Shown here piece by piece: positions 30,501 through 40,414 of a stretch of 64,000 nt of DNA (positions are counted from its first letter, which is position 1; each line of letters begins with the position of its first letter). The DNA is from Candidatus Krumholzibacteriota bacterium (GTDB taxonomy: Bacteria; Krumholzibacteriota; Krumholzibacteriia; JAJRXK01). The stretch is taken from contig CAVXTH010000003.1 in NCBI GenBank assembly GCA_963764625.1, forward strand, positions 42,386 to 106,385. Reading direction: 5' to 3'. The notes beneath the pieces were generated by a model. That model saw only the letters and a list, made by a program, of their open reading frames with translations. It made no database searches and was not told where the DNA came from. A program made the translations under genes and the position numbers.

Positions 30501-30668
30501 GGGAGAGGCGTTCTCGTAGGGAAGCGTGATGAAGAGCTGAGGCCGCTCGAACTCCGGCATGAAAGCCAAGGGCAGGCGCACGAGCGCGACCAAGCCCAGG
30601 ACGAGCAGGCTGACCAGAACCATCAGGGTGGTGACATGACGGCGGATGGCTAGCTCGGGAAGCGTCAT
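27591..30668 (-). CDS. RND efflux permease (AcrB/AcrD/AcrF family), subunit 2
   Basis: About 1025 aa. GMLVDNAVVVMENI, GIVVNNGIV and RLRPILMTALTT motifs. Confidence 0.93.
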   Translation of the reverse strand: MTLPELAIRRHVTTLMVLVSLLVLGLVALVRLPLAFMPEFERPQLFITLPYENASPEQVERMVVRPVEDAVGSVKGLNEMWSMCSSDGGRIRLGFSWSTDLNVARTEIWEKIDRVRRDLPDDLGDIRVSNDWDDRGADAPILEGRLSSERDLSASYELLDRRIVRPLERIPGVAQVRLDGVAPKEVRINLKVDALQFYGMDVRQVLRVLQGSNFDMSLGKVEEGDQRYSVRTISTLASVEQIKDLPLREDGLCLSDVAEVQYEEPPLDYGRHLDGRFAVGIEVTQEAKANTVEVGRALKKRIAAMNADPELEGVNFLVWFDQGEEIENTLRDLAFSGVFGTILAGLVLLLFLRRVGITLIAVMCIPFSLVVTCGILWSQGHTLNTLTLLGLIVGVGMLVDNAVVVMENIFRHREMGEDQKVASRLGAKEVSTAVVAATLTSVIVFLPLIFNKPSEMNIYLRELGITVCISLLASLFVSQTLIPMATSWFVRRRPGPKGRFMVKLEDHYQSLLAFNLHHRWLAPVIGVAILASGYIPFMRVDKNFDTTQTELFVGMRYDFSEDMSLARKEEVVSRVETALRKHKAELKARSIYSFWSDRCTLTRIYLKKGEANNENFARVRKALPSIIPPIAGVKVEVEENRQQWRMDRGKRVAFQIVGEDSEVLARLAEEAKDRLSKIDGLVEPFSSMDEGNQEIHVQLDRELLSRYGVSPTQAAQIVGLTYRGRRLPRYRTPEGEREMRLTLDEKKVESFAQLNNLPIWTEDGTRIPLASMAALKQVPGAQRIQRDNRLTSLWVGASYREGRGEDYTPKVAAALNSMDFPYGYRWTFGRWQERNKEKSREFLVNLGLALLLVFAVMAGLFESVRQAIALMVALPFALAGAMWTLYLTGTDFDQPAAVGLLLLIGIVVNNGIVMLEHINSYRRAGMPREEAMLKGGRERLRPILMTALTTLIGLVPIVVQKPTIGGVYYYSIALVIMGGLSLSTFLTSVLLPTTATLVEDTVAGMGRIVMWPWRRARGAVRVLQD

Positions 30669-33600
30669 TCCGTCGTCTCCAATCATCCCGGGGACTCACT
30701 CGCGAGGGAACGAGGGAGTACGCGGCGGGGATGACCACCAGGGTCAACAGGGTGCTCAGAGCCAGACCGGAGGCCACCGTCACCGCCAGCGGTGCGCGCA
30801 ACTCCGACCCTTCCCCGAAGGCAAGCGCCATCGGGAGAAGCCCCAGGATGGTGGTAATCGTGGTCATCAGGATGGGTCTCAGCCGCAGATGCGCCGCTTG
30901 GATCACAGCTTCGCGCTTCTCCACTCCGGCCCGGCGGCGGCGGTTGATGGCATCGATGAGAACGATCGCATTGTTCACCACGATTCCCACCAGCATGATG
31001 ACGCCGATCATCACGATGACGCTGATCTGCGTATGGGTCGCGTAGAGGCCGGCCACCACGCCGACCAGGGCCAAGGGAATGGTGAAGAGCACCAGGAAGG
31101 GATGCAGAAAGCTCTCGAAGGTCGCGGCCATGACGATGTAGACCAGGAACACGGCCAGAATCAAAGCGAAGCGCAGACTCGAGAAACTGCGCGCCATTTC
31201 TTCCTCCTGGCCTCCGAGGTCCACCGTGGTCCCCGGCGGCGCCGGGACTTTCGCCAGAACACTCTTCACCGCCTTGACCGCGGCGCCAAGGCTCTGCCCC
31301 TTCAGTCCCGCACTGATCACGGCGGCTCTCTGCTGCTGCACGCGGTGGATTTCGGCCGGCCCCGTCCCCATCCGCACTTGAGCCACCGTGAGGAGCCGAA
31401 TGGGCTCGCCGTCGGGTCCGGGCAACACCAGGTTACGCACATCTTGCATGGAACTGCGGTCCCGCTCGAGATTGCGCACGCGGATGTCGATCTGCCGGTC
31501 GCCTTCCTTGAAGCGAGTGGGCACCGTCCCCTGAATTCGATCGCGGAGAGTCTGCGAGAGCTGACCCAAATCGAGACCGAGGGATGCCACGCGATCGCGG
31601 TCGAAGATCACTTCCAATTCGGGGCTTCCCGCCTCCAGGGAAGAACGGACGTCGACCAGGCCGTCGATCTCCGACAGTGCGCTCTTCACGCGCAGCGACC
31701 AGTCACGGAGTTCATCCAAATCCTCTCCAAAGAGATACACCTCGACCGGAGTCTGCAGGCTGAAGTAGGTGGGCCGGCCGCTGTGCACTTCGGTATCGGG
31801 TACGCCTTCGAATTCGCCGCGCAGGGCGGAGAGAACCCGCGCTTCGGCCTTGTCATCCCCTCGATCCTTCATCACCACGTTGAGCTGACCGAGGTTTTCC
31901 GCCTTGGTGTTCAAACTCATGCCACCGGCCACGAGGCGACTTCCCGTGGTGGAGTAGATCGTCCCCACTCCTTTCTGCGCCTCCGCTTGCGCTTCCATGC
32001 TCTTCATCTGGCGATCGGTCGCCGCCAGAGAAGCGCCTTCAGGCATCTTCAACTCGAAGAAGAACTCCCCCTCGGTGAGCGAGGGAAGCAGCTGCGTCCC
32101 AAGTCCCCTCACCGAAGCGACCGACACCCCGAAGAGAACCAGTGCGATCAAAAGAGTGGGCGCCGGACGGCGGGTCGCGCCACGGAGCAGCCGGTCGTAG
32201 TAGCGTTCGAAAGCGCCCAAGCGAAGCGAGGTGTCCTCGATCTCGTCGACTGCCTCACCCTCTCCTTGCGGCCGATCCGTTCCCAGACCGCTCAGCATGG
32301 GAATGACCGTGAGCGCCACCACCAACGAGGCCAAGAGACTGAAGGTGACCGTGAGCGCCTGGTCGCGGAAGAGCTGACCCGACACTCCTTCCACGAAAAC
32401 CAGGGGCAAAAAGACGGCGACGGTGGTGAGGGTCGAGGCGACTACCGCGGCCCCCACCTCGACGGTGCCCTCGACCGCGGCCTTGCTTCGTCGAAATCCG
32501 CTGCGTCTCTTGCGATCGATCGATTCCAGAACGACGATCGAGTTGTCCACCAGCATTCCGATTCCCAGAGTGAGCCCTCCGAGCGACATGACGTTCAGCG
32601 AGATGTTCGCCCGGTACATGAGCAGGAAGGCCGCCACCAGCGAGAGCGGAATCGAGGTCGCGATCACCAGGGTGGACCGCCAGTCCTTGAGGAATGCGAA
32701 CAGCACGAGCACCGCCAGGATGCCCCCGATCACCGCGGCGGACTTCACTTCGCCGACGGCCTGCTTGATGAATTCGGATTGATCGAAGAGTCCGGTGAGC
32801 TTGTAGCCCTTGGGCAGCTTGCTCGTGTTCCAGCCATCGATGCGTTTGTGCAAGCGCCGTGCGAGCTCCACCGTGTTGGCGTCGCCTTCCTTGAAGATGT
32901 CGATCTCGACCGCTTCCTTGCCGTTGACGCGGGTGATCTCCTCGCGCTCCTTGGCTCCGCGCTTGACGGTTGCCACGTCCCCGAGCCGCACCACCCCACT
33001 CTCCCCCCGGTAGACGATCAGGTTGGCGATCTCGTCCACGTTGTCGAACTCGTTGATCGTGCGAATGAGATAGTGGTTCTGCGAGCCACGGAGCGAGCCA
33101 CCCGGCAGGTTCACGTTCGAGACCCCGACCGTCTGCGTGATGCGCTCCAGGGGGATCCCGAGGGCGGCGAGACGTTCCTGGTCCACGTCGATCTGGATCT
33201 CGTCTTCGAGCCCCCCCTTCACCGCCGCCGAGGCCACGCCGGGGATGGACTCCAGATCTTGCTTCAGCTGTTTGTCGGCCAGGCGCCGCAGCGCGGCCAG
33301 ATCGTCGCTCCCCGAAAGAGCCAGGCGCACGATGGGGTCGAGCGAGGGATCGTAACGGAGGACGATCGGGTCCTCGGCTTCCTGGGGCAAGACCAGACGA
33401 TCGAGTTTCTCCCGCACGTCCATGGACAGCATGTCCATGTCCGTCTTCCAGTCGAAGTTCAGGGTGACTTCGCTCACGCCCGAACGGCTCACCGAGTGGA
33501 TCTCCCGCAGACCGCGCAGAACTCCCACCGCCTCCTCCACCGGACGCGTCACCAGAGCCTCGACTTCCTCGGGCGCGGTGTCAGGAAACTCGGTTTGCAC

Positions 33601-33741
33601 CGTGAGACTGGGATAGGAGATGTCGGGGAAGAGCTCCAGTGCGAGCCGCTGGTATCCGACGAGGCCGAATGCGGTGACGGCGAGCGCCACCATGACAACA
33701 GTGACGCGCCGACGAACTGCGGTGGCGACGAGAGCGCGCAT
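30665..33741 (-). CDS. RND efflux permease, subunit 1 (3' end probably mis-called by one base near 30681)
   Basis: GMLVDNSIVVLE, GIVVNNAIV and RLRPILMTT motifs. As given, the ORF runs to 30010 through the next gene. One added T gives ...RDDLETTE* with an ATGA overlap at 30665-30668. Confidence 0.9.
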
Positions 33742-34925
33742 CAGGACGCGGACCGTTTCTGGGCTTGGTCATCGTCGGACGGAGGGGAGAGGGTCACCCC
33801 ATCGTCCTCCACCACGTGGAGGGTCTGCCCTTGCTTCAGGTTCCCCTGGCCTTTGACCACTACTTTCTCGCCGTCCTGGACGCCGCTGAGAATCTCGGCG
33901 TTGTCATCGTCTCGAAACCCTACCTCCACCACTCGTCTCTCCGCCGTCGAATCCACCGCGACGTAGACCACTTCTTCCCCCCTTTCACTCACCACCGCGC
34001 CGCGGGCCACCAGCACGTTTCCTTCCCGGCGCTGGGTCTGCACTTTCACCTGAGCGAAATCACCCGGGCGCACGTTCGGGGGGAACTTGTCGATTTCGAT
34101 CGTCACCTTGATTGTGCCAGTGGTGGCATCGATCACCGGACTGATGAGGGTGATGTGACCCTCCAGTGTGAGATCGTCGCTGTCGAGCGAAAGATCAACC
34201 GGCTGGTCCACGCTCAGGTTTCTGAACTCCCGCGCGGGCACGTGCACTTTGGCGAGCAGGGGGTGGAAGTCGGCCAGGGCGAAGAGAGGGGTGCCCACGC
34301 TCACGGTTTGCCCCAGCTCGATGAAACGCTGCGTGACGCTTCCCGCGAAGGGAGCGGTAACTTTGGTGTAGGAGACATTCAGGCGCGCGAGGTCTTCCTG
34401 CGCTCTCGCGCTCGCGAGATCGCTCTTCGCCGTCTCGAACTCCTCCACCGAGACCAGATGTTGATCCACCATGTTCTTCAGGCGGTCGAAGTTCGACTCG
34501 AGCTTGGCTCGGTTCGCTTCGGCTTCGCGGAGCCGATAGAGATATTCGTTGTTGTCGAGCTGCAGGAGGACCTGATCCGCGGCGACTTTGTCCCCCTCCT
34601 CACAGTTCAGCGTCTTCACGACACCCTGGACCCTCGCGAGAATCTGGGCCTGCTTCTGCGCCTGCAGGGTCGCGGTCGAGCTGTAGTAGCTCGCGATCGA
34701 TCCTCGGTGCGCCGACTCGACCGCCACGTTGGCCGGTGGCGCCTTCGGTGCGCCCTGCTTGGCGGCCGTCGCTCCTTTCTCGTGAGAGGACTCCGCCGCT
34801 TGCTTGCCGCGCTGGCACGAGCTCAGAAGGGCGATCGTGGCCAGCAGGAGGAGACAGAGCTTGAGCGGGCGCGAGAGGCCGGGGAAAAAGCCCCGCCGGG
34901 TGTGCTGACGCGAGTGGAAAGGCAT
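33741..34925 (-). CDS. RND periplasmic adaptor (membrane fusion protein), lipoprotein
   Basis: Lipobox LSSC. G.V..L..EEGD.V, coiled coil, APFAG, ISPVIDATTGT and GVQDGEKVV motifs. Confidence 0.92.
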   Translation of the reverse strand: MPFHSRQHTRRGFFPGLSRPLKLCLLLLATIALLSSCQRGKQAAESSHEKGATAAKQGAPKAPPANVAVESAHRGSIASYYSSTATLQAQKQAQILARVQGVVKTLNCEEGDKVAADQVLLQLDNNEYLYRLREAEANRAKLESNFDRLKNMVDQHLVSVEEFETAKSDLASARAQEDLARLNVSYTKVTAPFAGSVTQRFIELGQTVSVGTPLFALADFHPLLAKVHVPAREFRNLSVDQPVDLSLDSDDLTLEGHITLISPVIDATTGTIKVTIEIDKFPPNVRPGDFAQVKVQTQRREGNVLVARGAVVSERGEEVVYVAVDSTAERRVVEVGFRDDDNAEILSGVQDGEKVVVKGQGNLKQGQTLHVVEDDGVTLSPPSDDDQAQKRSAS

Positions 34926-35175
34926 GAAGCTTCCTCGGGAGAGGGTCTGAAGAGTCGTGGATCGCCGGGGTCCCGCGTCACGCGGGAAACCCAGCCAAAA
35001 CTAACGCCGCGCGGGCAGCCTGCCACAATACGCCGATCCCGGCGGGAAGGTTGCTGCCCAATCCGGGTCGGGACAGGTATAGTACCGTCAATGCCCGTAA
35101 GTTGCGAACGCGACGGGGCTGAGCGGAAGCGAAGGGCCAGAAACCAGAAAAATCCGCCCCAACCAGCGCGGTGCC

Positions 35176-36408
35176 ATGTTCATTCGGTTTTGTATCTATT
35201 CAGTGCTCAAGAACCTGCGCTTCTTCGAGCCTTTCTTCGTGCTCTACCTGCTCGCTCCGGCCTCCAAAGGCGGTGCCGAGCTCAGTTTTCTGGCCATCGG
35301 TACGCTGGTGGGCTACCAGAAGTTCCTCACCGGCTTGCTGGAGATCCCACTCGGCGTCGCCACCGACCGCTTCGGACGGCGCAGCGCGCTGGTCCTGTGT
35401 TTCTCCTTCTACACCCTGGCGTTTCCCTGCTTTGCTGCTGCCAGCCGGCTTGACGGCACCACGCTGCTCGCCGTCCTCTATCTCGCGCAAACTCTCTTCG
35501 GCCTGGGCGAGGCCCTGCGCACCGGAAGCCACAAGGCCATCATGCTCGACTGGGCCACCCGCGACGGTGGGCCGAGCGAGGTCACGCAACTCATCGCGAA
35601 GACGCGCTTCTTCTCCAAGCTCTCCTCCGGGGTGGGCGCGCTCGTGGGCGGGCTCCTGGTCTGGCGCACCGCATCGTTCACCCCGCTCTTTCTCGCCGCC
35701 ACCTTTCCCGCCTTGGGCGGGGTGGTCCTCATGCTGAGCTATCCCCGCTGGCTCGAGGGAGAGCAAAGGCGAAGCGCCGAGCCGGCGGTTCCCCTGCGTC
35801 AGGGATTGCGCCGTCTCCTCGGGCATCCGGGCCTGGTTCCCATCTTCGTCGCCTCGCTGCTCTTCGAGAGCCAGGTGAAGCTGGCGCAACACTACCTTCA
35901 GCCCTTCCTCTCCGCCGACCTGCACCAGCGGGACATCGTCCTGGTGGGAGGCGTGGGGGCGGTCGTGGTCGGCCTGTTCTATTTGGGACAGGATTTCTTC
36001 GGAGCGATCAGCGCGCGCCTGGCCTCTCACGCGGAAGAGGCGTTCGGGGGAACATCTCAGGGGCTCCGGGGGATCTACCTCATGCTCTGTGTGGTCAGCG
36101 GGATCATGGCCCTGGCGTTTTCTCTGGGCTGGCTCTCCGTGGGTCTTTTGGGGTTCTTCGCGGTGGCCGCCCTGCAGAACCTCCGCCGTCCCATCTTCGT
36201 CTCCGGTCTGAATCTGGTCTCCGATCCCGCGCAGCGGGCGACGACGCTCTCTCTGGAGAGCCAGGCCCGATCGTGGTCCGTCGCGCTCCTCTCACCTCCG
36301 GTTGGCTACCTGGCGGACCGCTTCGGCATCGCGGTCGCGTTCGTCGCCATCACCCTGCTTCTGCTGTTGGGCCTGCCCTTGCATTTGCACTCAGGGCGTG
36401 GCCGGTAG
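35176..36408 (+). CDS. MFS transporter
   Basis: About 12 TM segments. EIPLGVATDRFGRR (motif A) and GYLADRFG. Confidence 0.88.
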   Translation: MFIRFCIYSVLKNLRFFEPFFVLYLLAPASKGGAELSFLAIGTLVGYQKFLTGLLEIPLGVATDRFGRRSALVLCFSFYTLAFPCFAAASRLDGTTLLAVLYLAQTLFGLGEALRTGSHKAIMLDWATRDGGPSEVTQLIAKTRFFSKLSSGVGALVGGLLVWRTASFTPLFLAATFPALGGVVLMLSYPRWLEGEQRRSAEPAVPLRQGLRRLLGHPGLVPIFVASLLFESQVKLAQHYLQPFLSADLHQRDIVLVGGVGAVVVGLFYLGQDFFGAISARLASHAEEAFGGTSQGLRGIYLMLCVVSGIMALAFSLGWLSVGLLGFFAVAALQNLRRPIFVSGLNLVSDPAQRATTLSLESQARSWSVALLSPPVGYLADRFGIAVAFVAITLLLLLGLPLHLHSGRGR

Positions 36409-37269
36409 CTTCTTGAGCACGACCCCATCCCCGCCGTACACCACTTCGTCCTTCTTGCTATAGGCCGCCTCGATCCAACTCGAGCGTACCGCCACTTGCT
36501 TGAGGACCGCCTTCACCTGGGTGGCCGCGAAGGCGGCAACCAATTCGTCGGGAATCCAACCGCCCACCGAAGTGGCGACGGTCCAGGCGAGGAGAGTTCG
36601 ATTCTCGTCGAGTTTGAAGCAGATGTACGCGCCGTAGTTGATGGGAACCCAGATCGCCTGTTCCATCATCTCGCGGGTCACCGCATCGTGCTTGCCCGAG
36701 GAGACGAGTTCTTGGGCGATGCGCTTTTCATCGGGAGCGATGTCCCAGCTCTGGGCCCAGATCCAGCCCTGTGAGACTTTCGCCAGGTCCAGCTCGTTGC
36801 GGGCCGTGACCACGGTCTGCCGGTCCTTCACCGGCCAGGGGGCGTGGATGTACACGTAGTCAGTGCTACCCCCCTTACCGTCATTCGCGTAGCGCTGCAG
36901 GGTATAGGTATCATTGTGCGCGTATTCGGGGTCGATGCCGGACAGCCAGACCGAACGCACCGGCTGCGAGATCACGAAGTAGCCGAACACGCGGTGAGTC
37001 ACCTGGTCGCTGTCCCGGTGCCTTCCCTCCTTGCGCCGGATCACCACCACCTCACCCGAAAGCAGATTCCGCAGCTGCTCGGGGCTCAGACCGACCAGGG
37101 AATCCTGGGCGTGCGCGTTGTAGAACTCGATCGCGCCGGGGATGGCGAGGGCCAGCTGGGAGTCAGCCAGCGCCGCTACCGGCTCTCCTCGAGCCGTGCC
37201 GACGGCGAAAGGCAAAGCGAGGGCGAGCCACGCGAGGCAGAGAATTAAAAGCGGGCGAGTAGAGCGCAT
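36391..37269 (-). CDS. Secreted START/SRPBCC-like lipid-binding protein
   Basis: Signal peptide. YVYIHAPWPVKDR and VGGWIPDELV are typical START-domain motifs. Confidence 0.6.
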   Translation of the reverse strand: MRSTRPLLILCLAWLALALPFAVGTARGEPVAALADSQLALAIPGAIEFYNAHAQDSLVGLSPEQLRNLLSGEVVVIRRKEGRHRDSDQVTHRVFGYFVISQPVRSVWLSGIDPEYAHNDTYTLQRYANDGKGGSTDYVYIHAPWPVKDRQTVVTARNELDLAKVSQGWIWAQSWDIAPDEKRIAQELVSSGKHDAVTREMMEQAIWVPINYGAYICFKLDENRTLLAWTVATSVGGWIPDELVAAFAATQVKAVLKQVAVRSSWIEAAYSKKDEVVYGGDGVVLKKLPATP

Positions 37270-37459
37270 GAAGCCTACCGAGAGAAGGGCTCCTGGAAGC
37301 GATCCGCGAGGGGTGGAAACAGGGTAGCCGCAAGTCGACCACCCCGAAAGGCCGCCGTCTCTTGATCCCATCGGTACAAGGGGCTAGCTTTGCCCGGATC
37401 CTCTTCGGACCGTCTCGGGGTCCGGCTCGTGTTTCACCTTTTGGAAAGGATGCGCCGGC

Positions 37460-38659
37460 ATGAAGCTGGTCGAACATCTCGGCAAGCGCCTCGTTTCGCG
37501 CTCGGGAATCCAGACCCCGAGAAGCGAGCTTGCGAACTCTCCCCAAGAGGCGCGCCGCGCGGCGGAATCGCTCGAGTGCCCGGTGGTGGTCAAGGCCCAG
37601 ATCCTGGCTCCGGGCCGGGGCAAGCACGGCGGGATCCTCTTTGCCGACACCCCAAAGGCCGCCGCCGAGGCCGCCGAATCTCTCTTGAACAAGAGCTTCG
37701 GTCCCGAGCTGTGTCGCAGCGTGCTGGTCGAGGAACGACTCGAGATTGAGGAAGAACTCTACCTTGCCTTCACCGTCGACGCTTCGCGGCGTCGACTCAG
37801 TCTCATTCTGACGCGGCACGGCGGAGGAGAGGTCGAGACCGTCTTTGAGACGAGACCCCAAGACGTCCTCGTGGAACCGGTGGGCGCCTTAGAGACCTTT
37901 CATCCGTTCAAGGGGAGAGAGCTGGCGCTAAAGATGGGCCTTCGCGGCAAGGCGGTGGTGAAAGTCGGCGACGCCATCACCAAGCTCGTCGCCTGTGGAC
38001 GCGCGAACGATTGCCGCCTGGCCGAGATCAATCCTCTGGTCCTCACCAAGGACGGGCGCGTCGTCGCCGCGGACGCAGTTCTGAACGTCGATGAGGACGC
38101 CCACTTTCGCTTGGGGTGGATGAGCGAATTCGGTCTGTCGATGGAAGAAGAACGTCCCCGCCAGGCCACGCAGCGCGAGCTGGAGGCGGCGGAAATCGAC
38201 CGCGTCGACTACCGCGGCTCGGTGCACTACCAGGACATCGACGAGAACGGGGATGTGGGAACCGTCACGGTGGGGAGCGGGTTCTCCATCACCATGCTCG
38301 ACGTCCTGGGAAACTACGGCCTCAAGCCGGCCAACTTCTGCGACTGTTCGGGCAGCCCGCCGGCCGAGAAAGTCCGCCAGAGTTGCGAGATCGTGCTGAG
38401 CATCAGAGGGATCAAAGCTTTCCTCTTCCTCAGCGGAATCATGACCCAGGATCTCACCGTCACCGCGCGCGGCATCATCGACGCCTACGAGAAGCTCTCC
38501 CCCACCATTCCCTTCCTCGTGAAACTGGCGGGCAATCGCGATCGCGAGGCCTACCAGATGATGGTCGACGCGGGACTGCCCCACGTCTACCAGCGGGAGG
38601 TGGCGGTGGAGACCATCGTGGAAGATTGCGTTCGTCTCATGAAAGAGGGGAAGAGCTGA
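37460..38659 (+). CDS. ATP-grasp acyl-CoA synthetase beta subunit (SucC-like; putative citryl-CoA synthetase large subunit)
   Basis: MKLVEHLGK, VVKAQI..GRGKHGGI, ELYL and AEINPL motifs. Substrate loops are VGSG and NFCDCSGSP. Confidence 0.85.
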   Translation: MKLVEHLGKRLVSRSGIQTPRSELANSPQEARRAAESLECPVVVKAQILAPGRGKHGGILFADTPKAAAEAAESLLNKSFGPELCRSVLVEERLEIEEELYLAFTVDASRRRLSLILTRHGGGEVETVFETRPQDVLVEPVGALETFHPFKGRELALKMGLRGKAVVKVGDAITKLVACGRANDCRLAEINPLVLTKDGRVVAADAVLNVDEDAHFRLGWMSEFGLSMEEERPRQATQRELEAAEIDRVDYRGSVHYQDIDENGDVGTVTVGSGFSITMLDVLGNYGLKPANFCDCSGSPPAEKVRQSCEIVLSIRGIKAFLFLSGIMTQDLTVTARGIIDAYEKLSPTIPFLVKLAGNRDREAYQMMVDAGLPHVYQREVAVETIVEDCVRLMKEGKS

Positions 38660-39573
38660 TGGCGATCCTCGTGAATCGAGACACCCGTTGTGTCATTCAG
38701 GGAGCCACCGGTCAGGGAGGCAAACGGTTCATCCAGCGCATGATCGATTTCGGTTCGCCGCCGGTGGCCGGAGTGACTCCGGGCAAGGGTGGGGATGAGG
38801 TCGCGGGAGTGCCCGTATTCGACACGGTCAAGGAGGCAGTGGAAGCCACTGGCTGTGATTTCTCCTCCATCAACGTCCCTCCTGCCCTGGTGAAGGACGC
38901 CGCGTTCGAAGCGTTCGACGCCGGCATCCGCAAGATCTTCATGTACGCCGAGCGCGTGCCCTTGCACGACGCGATGGAGATCATGGCCTACGGCGATATG
39001 ATCGGAGCCACCATGGTCGGTCCCAACAGTCCGGGCATCGTCAGCCCCGGCAAGTACCGCCTCGGCGGATTGGGCGGCGACAAGGAGTACGTGGCCGAGA
39101 TCTTCAAGGAAGGTGAGGTAGGTCTGTGCAGTCGCAGCGGAGGCATGACTTCCACCCTGGGCTACACGATCAGCCAGGGGGGTCTGGGTCTCTCCACCGC
39201 GGTGGGGCTGGGCGGCGATGCCATCATCGGATCCCCGTTCACCAAAGTGCTGCCGCTCTTCGAAAGCGACCCCGAGACCAAAGCCATTTGCATGTTCTGC
39301 GAGATCGGAGGGAGCATGGAAGAGGAGGCGTCGGAGCTCATCAAGAGCGGCGCCATCACAAAGCCCATCGTCGCGTTCATCGCGGGCCGCGAGGCGCGGG
39401 CCGGGTTCCGCTTCGGCCACGCGGGCGCGCTGGTGGAACGCGGCCGCGGCACCTACCAGAGCAAGGTGGACTCCCTCTCCTCCGCCAAGGTCGCCATCGC
39501 CAAGAACCTGCGGGACATTCCAGTTCTCTTGCGCGAAGCCCTGGGAATGCCGCCCCGCGAGGAGCAATCATGA
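38659..39573 (+). CDS. Acyl-CoA synthetase alpha subunit (SucD-like; putative citryl-CoA synthetase small subunit)
   Basis: MAILVNRDTRCVIQGATG, GVTPGKGG, GPNSPG, SRSGG and the phospho-His motif FGHAGA. Confidence 0.88.
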   Translation: MAILVNRDTRCVIQGATGQGGKRFIQRMIDFGSPPVAGVTPGKGGDEVAGVPVFDTVKEAVEATGCDFSSINVPPALVKDAAFEAFDAGIRKIFMYAERVPLHDAMEIMAYGDMIGATMVGPNSPGIVSPGKYRLGGLGGDKEYVAEIFKEGEVGLCSRSGGMTSTLGYTISQGGLGLSTAVGLGGDAIIGSPFTKVLPLFESDPETKAICMFCEIGGSMEEEASELIKSGAITKPIVAFIAGREARAGFRFGHAGALVERGRGTYQSKVDSLSSAKVAIAKNLRDIPVLLREALGMPPREEQS

Positions 39574-40355
39574 CCGATTACAGTTGGAAGACGAGTCTGA
39601 GCAAAGTCCTGCCCAACCTCATTCGCATCCGCGGCTACGACATCAACGAGCTCATGGAGAAACTCACCTTCCCCGGCGCGCTCTTTCTGCTGTGGACGGG
39701 CGAGGTCCCCGACGAGCCCACCGCGAAACTCATCTCCGCCATCATGGTCTCGAGCATGGATCACGGCGCCTCTCCCCCCTCGGTGAACGCGGCCCGCATT
39801 GTCGCCTCCACCGGCGGCTCTCACAACGCGGCCATCGCGGCCGGTGTGCTGGCTCTGAACAAGTACCACGGCGCCGCGGTGGAGGACTGCATGCAGATGC
39901 TCGTGGACTTCCGCCGGCTCAAAGAGGAGAGCGGCCGCGACAACCGAGAGGTCGCGAGCGAGATCCTCGCGCGTCTCAAGGCGAAGGGCGACCGCGCCTG
40001 GGGGATCGGCCACCGCCTCCACACCGCCGACCCGCGGCGCGAGACCCTCTTCCGCCTGTGCCGAAAGTGCGGGGTGGACGGAAAGTACATCGAGGCGGTG
40101 GAAGCCATCGCCAGCGCGGTGACCGAGAGGGCCGGACGGCCCATGCCGGTGAACATCGACGGCTGCGTCGCGGCCTGCCTGTGCGAGATCGGCTTCCCCA
40201 AGACCATGGCGAACGCGCTCTTCATCCTGTCGCGTTCGGCCGGGATCGCGGTGCAGGCGCGAGAGGAAATGGATACCCAGAAGCCGATGCGCAAGATCCA
40301 CCCGGCTGGCTTCGAGTATGATGGTCCGGACGATCGCAGCCTCCCGTCGAAGTAG
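39570..40355 (+). CDS. Citryl-CoA lyase (small citrate-synthase-fold protein)
   Basis: 261 aa. IRGY, DHG..PPS, HGAA, GIGHRLH..DPR and NIDG motifs. ATGA-coupled to the alpha subunit. Confidence 0.85.
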   Translation: MTDYSWKTSLSKVLPNLIRIRGYDINELMEKLTFPGALFLLWTGEVPDEPTAKLISAIMVSSMDHGASPPSVNAARIVASTGGSHNAAIAAGVLALNKYHGAAVEDCMQMLVDFRRLKEESGRDNREVASEILARLKAKGDRAWGIGHRLHTADPRRETLFRLCRKCGVDGKYIEAVEAIASAVTERAGRPMPVNIDGCVAACLCEIGFPKTMANALFILSRSAGIAVQAREEMDTQKPMRKIHPAGFEYDGPDDRSLPSK

Positions 40356-40414
40356 ACGGGGGCAACTTTATCCTTTCCCGGAAAGACCAGGTCGTTTCAT
40401 GCAGAGACCGTCAC

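Noticed and set aside
30010-30690. Long C-terminal extension of RND permease 1 overlapping permease 2
   Set aside because: The extension is out-of-frame, low-plausibility sequence. A single missing T restores a normal stop/start overlap.
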